IMG/VR virus record: IMGVR_UViG_3300025896_000021
Length of the DNA stretch: 64,000 nt
Strand: one strand, 5' to 3'
Source: a virus
Lineage: Duplodnaviria > Heunggongvirae > Uroviricota > Caudoviricetes
This document shows positions 48,678 through 56,715 of this stretch, piece by piece. Both the position numbers and the translations under genes were made by a program. Position 1 is the stretch's first letter. Each line of letters opens with the position of its first letter. Below the pieces are notes generated by a model, which did not search any database, was not told where the DNA came from, and saw only the letters and a program-made list of their open reading frames with translations.

Positions 48678-49359
48678 GCCGGCAGTGATCGGCATAGATC
48701 GCAGAGAGTCGTTGTATTATGGCAAATATCAATACCGAGCTAGGTTGAAGCTAGCTGGGTTGAATAGAACACATCAAGCTAAAACAATGCTTGATGTTCT
48801 ATATCGTTTAAAAAAGTATGGTAGGCAAAAAGAAATAGCATTACTTGATCTAGACTGTATAGAGAAGTTTATCAATTGGAGAAACACCTATGCAACTCCA
48901 ATTGATAAAGCCGATAAACAAGTACTCATTCGTGTTGAGTCGATTACTGCTGGTGTGTTTAGCAATGACTTGCAGCTATTACAGACACTGGAATCTATTG
49001 CTGGAAAAGATGCAGTTGACTATACTGAGATTGATACAAGCATCCCGACAGGGGTCAAGTATTTCGTTAAGGAACCTAAATACAAGTATAGGGTGTATCT
49101 AAAATCTAAAGCGGTCAAAGACAAATTTGTTGAAGATTTGAAACGGTTTGTAGATAGATACAAAGGCACCCAAACTATAATTGTTGCTAGTTCATCACTA
49201 AATAGTTGGCTTAACGGTCAAGTAAAATACTGGGCATACCGCTATTGTAGCAGTCATTATTACATAGAATACAATGAAGAAAGTACTCACTCATTGATTG
49301 GTATTATGTTCGGAGACATGATTAAGCGTAGGTTTAAACTAGAGAAACGCCCTGACTAA
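48652..49359 (+). CDS. Hypothetical protein
   Basis: 235 aa, overlaps clpA end. Confidence 0.65.
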   Translation: MVSSTSLVKPAVIGIDRRESLYYGKYQYRARLKLAGLNRTHQAKTMLDVLYRLKKYGRQKEIALLDLDCIEKFINWRNTYATPIDKADKQVLIRVESITAGVFSNDLQLLQTLESIAGKDAVDYTEIDTSIPTGVKYFVKEPKYKYRVYLKSKAVKDKFVEDLKRFVDRYKGTQTIIVASSSLNSWLNGQVKYWAYRYCSSHYYIEYNEESTHSLIGIMFGDMIKRRFKLEKRPD

Positions 49360-49392
49360 TGATAAATACTCTATAATAATGGAGTATTTACC

Positions 49393-49560
49393 ATGGCAAA
49401 GATTGTCGAAACCGTATTCGTAGTTAAACTAAGTCAATTAGTAAGAGATAACCCAACAGATGTAGAGTCTACTGGGTTTGACGACCTTCCCAAGACTATT
49501 GAGGAAGTAGTGCAGCAATTAGTTGCAGGTGATGTTATTGTCGAAGTGGACAGAGCATAA
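49393..49560 (+). CDS. Small hypothetical protein (55 aa, MAKIVETVFVVKLSQL...)
   Basis: Translated by hand; GATAAATA 49361-49368 and GGAG RBS; TAATG coupling to next gene. Confidence 0.75.
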   Translation: MAKIVETVFVVKLSQLVRDNPTDVESTGFDDLPKTIEEVVQQLVAGDVIVEVDRA

Positions 49561-49916
49561 TGAGCCAAGCAACTGCACTAACACTGTTACCGCAAACTCT
49601 TGCGTTAACAACTGGTACAAAGCAGCCTGCAGCTTGCTATTATGTATCCGGTAAAACATTACAAACACTTACCTGGAGGCTTTCAGCTTTCTTAGGTACC
49701 GTTGTTGTTCAAGCTACATTAGTTGATGATCCAACCGACGACAGTGATTGGTTCGCAGTATACAACTTAGTTTGTACAGTTGGCAACGGCAATGGTGGAA
49801 CGTCATTATCCCCTAAAATTGGTTACATGAATATCAATGGCAACTTTGCTTGGCTACGAGCTAATGTCATTTCATACACCTCTGGCACAGTGGATTATTT
49901 GAAGGTGTGTTACTAA
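49560..49916 (+). CDS. Hypothetical, probably virion, protein
   Basis: 118 aa beta-rich. Confidence 0.6.
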   Translation: MSQATALTLLPQTLALTTGTKQPAACYYVSGKTLQTLTWRLSAFLGTVVVQATLVDDPTDDSDWFAVYNLVCTVGNGNGGTSLSPKIGYMNINGNFAWLRANVISYTSGTVDYLKVCY

Positions 49917-49917
49917 A

Positions 49918-51534
49918 ATGGCTACTATTGTTGTATACGGCGGAGGCTTTCAGCCATTTCATGAAGGTCATTTGAGTAGCTACTTACAAGCTAAGAAGGC
50001 ATTTCCTGGTGCAACTTTCTACGTAGCAGCAAGCAACGATGTTAAACAGCGTCCGATTCCTTTCAAAGACAAACAGTTTTTAGCACAGCAAGCCGGTGTA
50101 GTTGATCCATTCGTTGAAACTAAGAACCCAATCAATCCTCAAGAAATTCTTGCTCAGTATGATCCTGAGAAAGATGTTTATATCATGGTTCGTAGTGAGC
50201 GTGATCCAGTGGGATATACTAGAAAAGACGGAACACCTGCATACTATCAACCGTATGTTAAAGGTCAACCAATGGCTCCGTTCAGTAAGCATGGTTATGT
50301 ATTTGTTACTAAGAAACACAACTTCACCGTTGATGGTCAAGAAGTATTCTCTGGCTCACAAGTTCGTAGTATGTATGGTTCAGCGGATGATGCTGGTAGA
50401 ATGCAGATCATTCAACAACTATATCCTAAGAGCAAACAACAACAAATGATTAAATCATTGCTAGACAAGTATCTAACAAGTCCACAGGAACCTGCAGCTA
50501 TGCCAGTCAAACCTAACGCCATCAATAAACTAAAGAACAAGGCACTAGCCGAACAAATTCAAAAGATTCGTCCTTTGTTAAAAGAAGCTAGTCCGGCAAT
50601 GAAATTGAAGTTCATGAAGTTGATGAAAACTGCGCTAAGTGAAAACAAAGAGACTGACTATTCAGATCCTGCATGGGACGAGAAAGTCGCTAGCGTAGGT
50701 CAAAAGGCTAAACAAGCGCAAGCATTAAAAGCAAAAGGTAAAGAACCACAGACACGTTGGAATCCTGTTACTAAGAAGTACTATGTAGACTTTAGTGACC
50801 GTGATGAAAAAGGTGTGGCGGAAGGCTGGAAGGGCGCGGCGCTCGGCGGAGCATTGGGATATCATTTTGGAAATCACTATGCAGCAATGTTAGGTGCGAC
50901 TCTCGGTCATTTAGTAGGAGAATTTGTTAGTAAAATTGGAAAATCTATTAGTAAAGATAACAAATTAGTAAATGATAATATAGATGTTATAAATAAGGTA
51001 ACTTCTGAAATTATTAAGTCTAGCCCAACTGATAAATTTGGTTTTCCTATGTTTAGTGCTAACGTCGGTATCGGGGCATATATAGGTACTGTACTACAAC
51101 AAGAGATCACAACTAGAATAGAAGATTCGTTAATTGAAAAATACGGTAAAGAAATTGCTTACGGAATAGTGAAATCCAATGTAATGTATCAACTAAGTTC
51201 AGAGGTAGGGTCAAAATTGTACGAGTATGTTGTTAAACTTGACAAGTCATACAAGAATTCTACAATAGATCGTAAAGAGCCAACATTTGAGCAGCAAGGT
51301 GTGGCGGAGGGCGCTCCAATTGTAGTAGCACAAGCTCCTATTCATATTCGCAATCCTAAAAAGGCTCAACCTAAACAAAGATACATGGGAGACATTGTTC
51401 CACCAACAAAACCACCAAGCACAGAGAAGCGTGGCGTCAAAGGTCGTCCGGGACAAAGACCAATGCCTACTTATGACGAAGATGTAGCTGAAAGCAATAT
51501 CTCCGAATCCACTGATTATCTAGAAGAAAAATAA
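49918..51534 (+). CDS. HxGH nucleotidyltransferase (cytidylyltransferase-like) domain fused to a modular low-complexity tail
   Basis: 'YGGGFQPFHEGH', 'SGSQVR'; tail with LAE/LKE/LSE/VAE sites and a glycine-zipper module. Confidence 0.7.
   Translation: MATIVVYGGGFQPFHEGHLSSYLQAKKAFPGATFYVAASNDVKQRPIPFKDKQFLAQQAGVVDPFVETKNPINPQEILAQYDPEKDVYIMVRSERDPVGYTRKDGTPAYYQPYVKGQPMAPFSKHGYVFVTKKHNFTVDGQEVFSGSQVRSMYGSADDAGRMQIIQQLYPKSKQQQMIKSLLDKYLTSPQEPAAMPVKPNAINKLKNKALAEQIQKIRPLLKEASPAMKLKFMKLMKTALSENKETDYSDPAWDEKVASVGQKAKQAQALKAKGKEPQTRWNPVTKKYYVDFSDRDEKGVAEGWKGAALGGALGYHFGNHYAAMLGATLGHLVGEFVSKIGKSISKDNKLVNDNIDVINKVTSEIIKSSPTDKFGFPMFSANVGIGAYIGTVLQQEITTRIEDSLIEKYGKEIAYGIVKSNVMYQLSSEVGSKLYEYVVKLDKSYKNSTIDRKEPTFEQQGVAEGAPIVVAQAPIHIRNPKKAQPKQRYMGDIVPPTKPPSTEKRGVKGRPGQRPMPTYDEDVAESNISESTDYLEEK
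50810..50822 (+). repeat. AAGGTGTGGCGGA copy 1
   Basis: Identical to 51296-51308 and 56165-56177; encodes (K)GVAE. Confidence 0.9.
51296..51308 (+). repeat. AAGGTGTGGCGGA copy 2
   Basis: Encodes (Q)GVAE. Confidence 0.9.
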
Positions 51535-51584
51535 TTCGGGGTCTTCGATTTGATGTAAATAATTACATCAATTAAGAGGACCTT

Positions 51585-52487
51585 ATGGCAACAAAGAAAA
51601 AAACCGAATTAGTAGCACCTGTAACAAAGGCAGCTCCTGTAAAAGCAACTAAAGCTACGAAAGAACCAAAGACAGTTCCTGTAGAAAAGATTCAAGAAAT
51701 TGCTGAACAAGCTGCTGCTGAACAAGTTGAGAAAAAAGAAGGACAAGTTCAAGTTAACGTTGACTTTCTAAAGACAACTAAAGTTCATATCGCAATGCCA
51801 TGCTATGGTGGTATGCTAACAGAATCTACATTCATGAGTTTTATCAAGTGGGCTAACACAGCCCGTCAACTTGGTATTGATTGGACATTGGAAACAATGG
51901 TCAATGAATCACTCATCTCCCGCGCACGTAATACACTAACTGCTAAATTCTTAGAGCAAGCTGACTCAACTCACTTGTTCTTTGTTGACGCAGACATTGG
52001 TTGGGAGCCATGGCACTTGTTAGTGTTGTTGAATCGTGACGTTGACGTTATCGGTGGACTATACCCAATGAAGACTATGCCAATCAAGTGGGTAGTTAAT
52101 GGATTTGACGGTGCAGAAGAAGGACCAGATGGCTTCCAAGAAGTCTCTAAAACAGGTACTGGATTCTTGCTAATGAAACGTCACGTGTTTGAAAAACTAA
52201 AGGTTCACCCTGCTGTCAAACAATACAAGAACGATATCGGACTTGATCCAAAGTACGATGCACACTTGAAAACATACTTTGACACAGCAGTTCGTCAGGG
52301 TCGTTATTACAGTGAAGACTGGACATTCTGTGAAAACTGGCGTGATCTAGGCGGTAAAGTGTATGTCGATAAGCGTGTATTATTGCGTCACAGTGGCAGT
52401 TATGTATTCTGTATGGAAAATCAGAATCACTTGTTGAACACAATCGGACCTATGTACGTTGAGGAACAAGCTAAAAAGCAACAATAA
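51585..52487 (+). CDS. GT-A fold glycosyltransferase-like protein with Lys/Ala-rich N-tail
   Basis: 'IAMPCYGG', 'LISRARN', 'HLFFVDADIGW', 'GTGFLLMKR', 'SEDWTFC'. Confidence 0.8.
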   Translation: MATKKKTELVAPVTKAAPVKATKATKEPKTVPVEKIQEIAEQAAAEQVEKKEGQVQVNVDFLKTTKVHIAMPCYGGMLTESTFMSFIKWANTARQLGIDWTLETMVNESLISRARNTLTAKFLEQADSTHLFFVDADIGWEPWHLLVLLNRDVDVIGGLYPMKTMPIKWVVNGFDGAEEGPDGFQEVSKTGTGFLLMKRHVFEKLKVHPAVKQYKNDIGLDPKYDAHLKTYFDTAVRQGRYYSEDWTFCENWRDLGGKVYVDKRVLLRHSGSYVFCMENQNHLLNTIGPMYVEEQAKKQQ

Positions 52488-52508
52488 TTAGCATTTAACG
52501 CTAATACG

Positions 52509-52541
52509 ATGGCTATCATGGAAACGTGATAGCCATTTTTT
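52509..52541 (+). terminator. Rho-independent terminator
   Basis: atggctatca(t/c)g-gaaa-cgtgatagccat followed by a T-tract. Confidence 0.85.
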
Positions 52542-52554
52542 GTATAAATACAAT

Positions 52555-53631
52555 ATGCAATTTAAAGAATTAGATAAATTTAAGCTGGATGATGCCATCC
52601 ACTTCCATGACCACTTGAACCCAGCAGTGTTCAAAGGTGATCATTTGAGAGATGATGTACGCAAAAAATTGTTACTTATTGCAGAAGATTTCGTTGAACA
52701 TTTAGGAATCAACGACATAGACATAGCGGACATTACTATTTCAGGTAGTAATGCAGCATACACATACACTGCGCACAGCGACATTGACCTACACATTTTA
52801 GTAGATATAAAGAGTTTTGAAGACGATGATGTATACCGTGAACTGTTTGACGCAAAAAAGACGGTATATAACGAACAACACGACATTAAGATTAACGGAT
52901 ATGAAGTTGAAGTATATGTACAGGATAGTGATGAGCCTGTAATTAGTCTGGGTGAATACTCAGTAATGAACAACAAGTGGATCAAATTGCCTAGAAAGCG
53001 CAAAGCTGACTTTGATCAAATGGCTACTAAACTAAAGTACCGTAAATTATACAGATTAGCTAAGTACGCACTACAAGCGAAAACACCAGATAAGATTCAA
53101 AATGTATTGAAGACATTAAAGAAGTACAGACAAGCAGGATTAGATTCACTGGGTGAATTCAGTCCTGAAAATTTAGCATTCAAAGCATTACGTAGCAAGG
53201 GTGTTATTCAGAAACTATACGACAAGTTGAATGACTTGCATAGCGAAACATTGAGTATTCCTGAGAGTGAAAACTTAGATAAGCGTACACTAAATGTTGA
53301 TGACCTGGCAAGAAAACATCGTGTATCGAAAGATTATCTATTAGATCAATTAATGAAGGGCATCGGTATTGAGTCCGAGCATACTAGTAATTTTGATATT
53401 GCAGCAGAGATTGCATTAGATCATTTAGGTGAGAATCCAAACTACTATGAGCTACTTAAAAAAGCTAGCTTAGAAGAATGCGGTTATATTCCTAGTGAAA
53501 GCGAAAGAAATGATCCAAGATTTAAAACAGCACTAACAGTTGATATCACTCCAAATTCAATCAAAGATAATGCTAGAAGATTAGGAAGCAATATACAACG
53601 TGACGGACGACCACCGTTGCTACGACCATAA
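52555..53631 (+). CDS. Pol-beta-superfamily nucleotidyltransferase fused to a DUF5661-like domain
   Basis: 'ISGSNA.Y.Y..HSDIDLHIL'; 'KGIGIESEHT...IALDHL.ENPNYY'; start at ATG 52555, 4 nt after TATAAATA (52543-52550). Confidence 0.75.
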   Translation: MQFKELDKFKLDDAIHFHDHLNPAVFKGDHLRDDVRKKLLLIAEDFVEHLGINDIDIADITISGSNAAYTYTAHSDIDLHILVDIKSFEDDDVYRELFDAKKTVYNEQHDIKINGYEVEVYVQDSDEPVISLGEYSVMNNKWIKLPRKRKADFDQMATKLKYRKLYRLAKYALQAKTPDKIQNVLKTLKKYRQAGLDSLGEFSPENLAFKALRSKGVIQKLYDKLNDLHSETLSIPESENLDKRTLNVDDLARKHRVSKDYLLDQLMKGIGIESEHTSNFDIAAEIALDHLGENPNYYELLKKASLEECGYIPSESERNDPRFKTALTVDITPNSIKDNARRLGSNIQRDGRPPLLRP

Positions 53632-53643
53632 TAAGGAAAATAA

Positions 53644-55434
53644 ATGTCAGCACCTATTAAGACCCCACCATCAGTTAACACTCTGCAAGACCCTGCACTA
53701 GAATATTTAATGCAGCGTGAAATTCAAGTTGCACTAACACCTATTGAAAATGTCACTAAAAATGTAGTATTAGAGCAAGTAACTCAGGTGGTAACTCAAG
53801 TTATCCAAATAAATGCTCCGCAAGGTGCGAACGGTTCAATCCAGTTTAATCAAAACGGTAGCTATGTTGGAGACACCGGTCTACAGTTTGAGCCCACTAC
53901 GGATACGTTGACTACTGGTACTGTTATCGCTAACTCTATTACAATCAATAATAGTTTGAAATTAAGTGGTGGAGTTAATAGAAACTTTCTGACAACTGAC
54001 GGTAACGGTAATACTTCATGGGCTGATGTTCTTCCCTCTAGAGTTGGTAACAGTGGTAAGTTCTTAGTTACAAATGGTGTTTCTGACGCCTGGAGCACAG
54101 TAAGCTACAGTACACTCGCAACCCAGACTGATGTAGCAAATGCTATAGATACCTTAGTTGGTACTGCCCCTGGTATTCTAGACACACTAGCTGAAATAGC
54201 CAATGTGATCGGTGCTACTGACAATCCGGAGTTCAGTATTATTTCTCAACTAGCTAACAAAGCAAACATCACTAGTTTAGCAGATGTTGCATTTAGTGGC
54301 CTGTATAGCGATTTATCTAATTTACCTACTATATCTACTGCTGGCCGTACTGGCAACTATGAAGACGTGCGCAACAAACCAACTATCCCCACTTCTATCG
54401 CTGACTTTGGTATTAGCGACGGGACAGTAGGTCAAGTGCTGACCGCATACGGAAATGGTACTTATCATTTCACTACAGTGAATAGTGGTTCGTCTACTGG
54501 AAATATCACTTTTACTGACAACACCATGACTGGTACCGGTGATGTAAAGATTCACTTCACTCCTAGCGCAAGCCCAGCAGTAGAATTTAATTTTGCTAGT
54601 AGCGGTACGCTAACAGTTCCTGGAAGTATAGTATTACAAGACGGTGTTATAACTGGCAATGACAATACTGATCCTGGTATTGTGTTAGGCTCGTCAGACA
54701 AATCTGTGTTTGTCCGCACACTAGGTGGCGTTGACAACTATACATGGAAGTTTGGTACTGATGGTGCATTAACACTCCCTAGCGACGGTAAGATTGCCTC
54801 TGGCATAGATACACCTCAGGTTGGTTCTACGAAGACTATTGCTACTGACAGTGAAGGTGGTACTGGGGCAGGTACTCCTGGAGTAGTAGATATACCATGG
54901 GATGGCACTATCATCAACACCTATCCAGCGGGTAGTACAATCACTTTCGCTAACGGTGATGTAAGAACTATCACAAGTATTGCTCAGGGTAATGTTGGCT
55001 TATACCTTGATATCTCATATTCCGGCGCCGCAACCACCAGCAGTCCAGAATTTCCAATCATATTAAAGACTGCTAACTATGCCGCGGCAATAACAGCACC
55101 AGAATGGACGTTTGGCAATAATGGCACACTAACTGTTCCTGATTCTATTACTAGAAATGACCGTTTAACATTAGTCAGTAGCGGAGCAGCATCAAGTAAT
55201 GTTGCATCTGTTATTGCTGACGGAGAAGCAGGTAGAGTATTTGTAAGAACCCTCGATGGTACAACATTACAGACTTGGGAATTTAACAAAGAAGGTAATT
55301 TAATGCTACCAAATGGTGGCGACATTGTTGACAGCGCAGGTATATCTCAGTTTATTAGTATAACATCATTAAAAACATTAGTGGCAGCTAGCACTGACTT
55401 TGCTGACTTCCAAACAAGAATTGCTGCACTGTAA
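53644..55434 (+). CDS. Tail fibre/spike-like protein
   Basis: Four '(W/F).F..(D/S/N/E)G.L..P' repeats, 'L.TDG.G..SW' motif, Thr/Gly-rich. Confidence 0.65.
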   Translation: MSAPIKTPPSVNTLQDPALEYLMQREIQVALTPIENVTKNVVLEQVTQVVTQVIQINAPQGANGSIQFNQNGSYVGDTGLQFEPTTDTLTTGTVIANSITINNSLKLSGGVNRNFLTTDGNGNTSWADVLPSRVGNSGKFLVTNGVSDAWSTVSYSTLATQTDVANAIDTLVGTAPGILDTLAEIANVIGATDNPEFSIISQLANKANITSLADVAFSGLYSDLSNLPTISTAGRTGNYEDVRNKPTIPTSIADFGISDGTVGQVLTAYGNGTYHFTTVNSGSSTGNITFTDNTMTGTGDVKIHFTPSASPAVEFNFASSGTLTVPGSIVLQDGVITGNDNTDPGIVLGSSDKSVFVRTLGGVDNYTWKFGTDGALTLPSDGKIASGIDTPQVGSTKTIATDSEGGTGAGTPGVVDIPWDGTIINTYPAGSTITFANGDVRTITSIAQGNVGLYLDISYSGAATTSSPEFPIILKTANYAAAITAPEWTFGNNGTLTVPDSITRNDRLTLVSSGAASSNVASVIADGEAGRVFVRTLDGTTLQTWEFNKEGNLMLPNGGDIVDSAGISQFISITSLKTLVAASTDFADFQTRIAAL

Positions 55435-55473
55435 TAGATGTTTTGATAAATATATTATAAACGGAATTTATCT

Positions 55474-56403
55474 ATGAAAATCAGTAATTTAACAGAAACA
55501 ATGGCTACCCCAGTGTCAATGCCATCACCGGGACAACCGGGCGCAAAGTTTGGTCGTAGCGATGAAATGCTAGAATCAGGTGTAGGAACTAGCACTGCAG
55601 GCGGTATGGCACCTAGTGCAAAACCAATGGGCAAGATGCAAAGACGTGGGCAAGGCAGCATGTTTCAAGGTATCAAGACTAGCAGCAAGTTTGCGAACAG
55701 TGCAAAGGCTGGTATTAAAGAAGATACAGTTAATGAAGACGAATTGAGCGAAGAACAACTACAAGCTAAACAAAAGCGTGAAGATATATTCAACCGTGCA
55801 AAAGATAAAGAATTAGGTAACAAGCCTAAATCAAAAGATATTATTGCTAAAGAAGCAACTGGTCGTGGAACATGGGATAGTAACGCAAGTGACTACGAAG
55901 GTGATTATGGTGGTTCACGCAATTGGGGGCGTAGAGAAAGAGAAGATGACGAGCATCATCACATTGACAGAGCCCGTGAAAAACAAGAACAATCCGGCAC
56001 ATGGTATGTTGCTATCAACGGTAAAGTTGTAAAAGATAAAGCTGGTCAACCTTACACATTCTATGGTAAAGCAGCAGCAAACAAAGCAGCATTAACTATG
56101 CAAGCTAAACCGTTCAATTCAGGAAAGCAATTTATGCTTACTACAAATCCTAATCCACCTGAGCAAGGTGTGGCGGAAGTAGCACCTCCTGGAGCTAAAG
56201 CTGAACGCATGGTAAAGCACATTAAAAAGGGTTATGCTAAAGACGGCAAACTAACTCCTAAAGAAAAATCAATTGCTTATGCCACTACATGGAAAGCACA
56301 TAATGCCGGTAAAGTAGAAGAAGATTGCTGGGATGGTTACGAGCAAATCGGCATGAAGAAAAAAGGTGGCAAGACAGTGCCTAACTGTGTACCAAAGAAG
56401 TAA
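55474..56403 (+). CDS. Modular basic protein, putative internal head polyprotein
   Basis: MKISNLTE; GATAAATA 55445-55452; segments ending in E, including QGVAE; C-terminal 'CWDGY..GMKKKGGK.VPNCVP'. Confidence 0.55.
   Translation: MKISNLTETMATPVSMPSPGQPGAKFGRSDEMLESGVGTSTAGGMAPSAKPMGKMQRRGQGSMFQGIKTSSKFANSAKAGIKEDTVNEDELSEEQLQAKQKREDIFNRAKDKELGNKPKSKDIIAKEATGRGTWDSNASDYEGDYGGSRNWGRREREDDEHHHIDRAREKQEQSGTWYVAINGKVVKDKAGQPYTFYGKAAANKAALTMQAKPFNSGKQFMLTTNPNPPEQGVAEVAPPGAKAERMVKHIKKGYAKDGKLTPKEKSIAYATTWKAHNAGKVEEDCWDGYEQIGMKKKGGKTVPNCVPKK
56165..56177 (+). repeat. AAGGTGTGGCGGA copy 3
   Basis: Encodes (Q)GVAE in ORF 55474. Confidence 0.9.
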
Positions 56404-56405
56404 TT

Positions 56406-56714
56406 ATGAAACTCAACGAATTAATCACTGAATCCATTGATGTAAAAGAAGTTGCTGCTTGGCAAAAGAAGTCAGGTAAGAATAAGACCGGTGGATTGAA
56501 TCAAAAGGGTGTTGACTCATATCGTAGAGAACATCCTGGTAGTAAACTACAAACAGCAGTTACTACTAAGCCTTCAAAATTAAAAGCAGGCAGTAAAGAC
56601 GCAAAGCGTAGAAAAAGTTTCTGCGCTAGAATGAGTGGCATGGAAGGTCCAATGAAGGATGAACATGGTGAACCAACTCGCAAAGCATTATCATTAAAGA
56701 AGTGGAACTGTTAA
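56406..56714 (+). CDS. DUF6321-like basic protein with capsid-targeting-like N-terminus
   Basis: MKLNELITES; 'AWQKKSGKN..GGLN.KG', 'RRKSFCARM', 'KW.C'. Confidence 0.65.
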   Translation: MKLNELITESIDVKEVAAWQKKSGKNKTGGLNQKGVDSYRREHPGSKLQTAVTTKPSKLKAGSKDAKRRKSFCARMSGMEGPMKDEHGEPTRKALSLKKWNC

Positions 56715-56715
56715 T

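Noticed and set aside
50810-50822. The 13-bp word as a Chi site
   Set aside because: It does not contain E. coli Chi (GCTGGTGG) or the other Chi sequences I know, and it is confined to in-frame protein junctions; an unknown host Chi cannot be excluded
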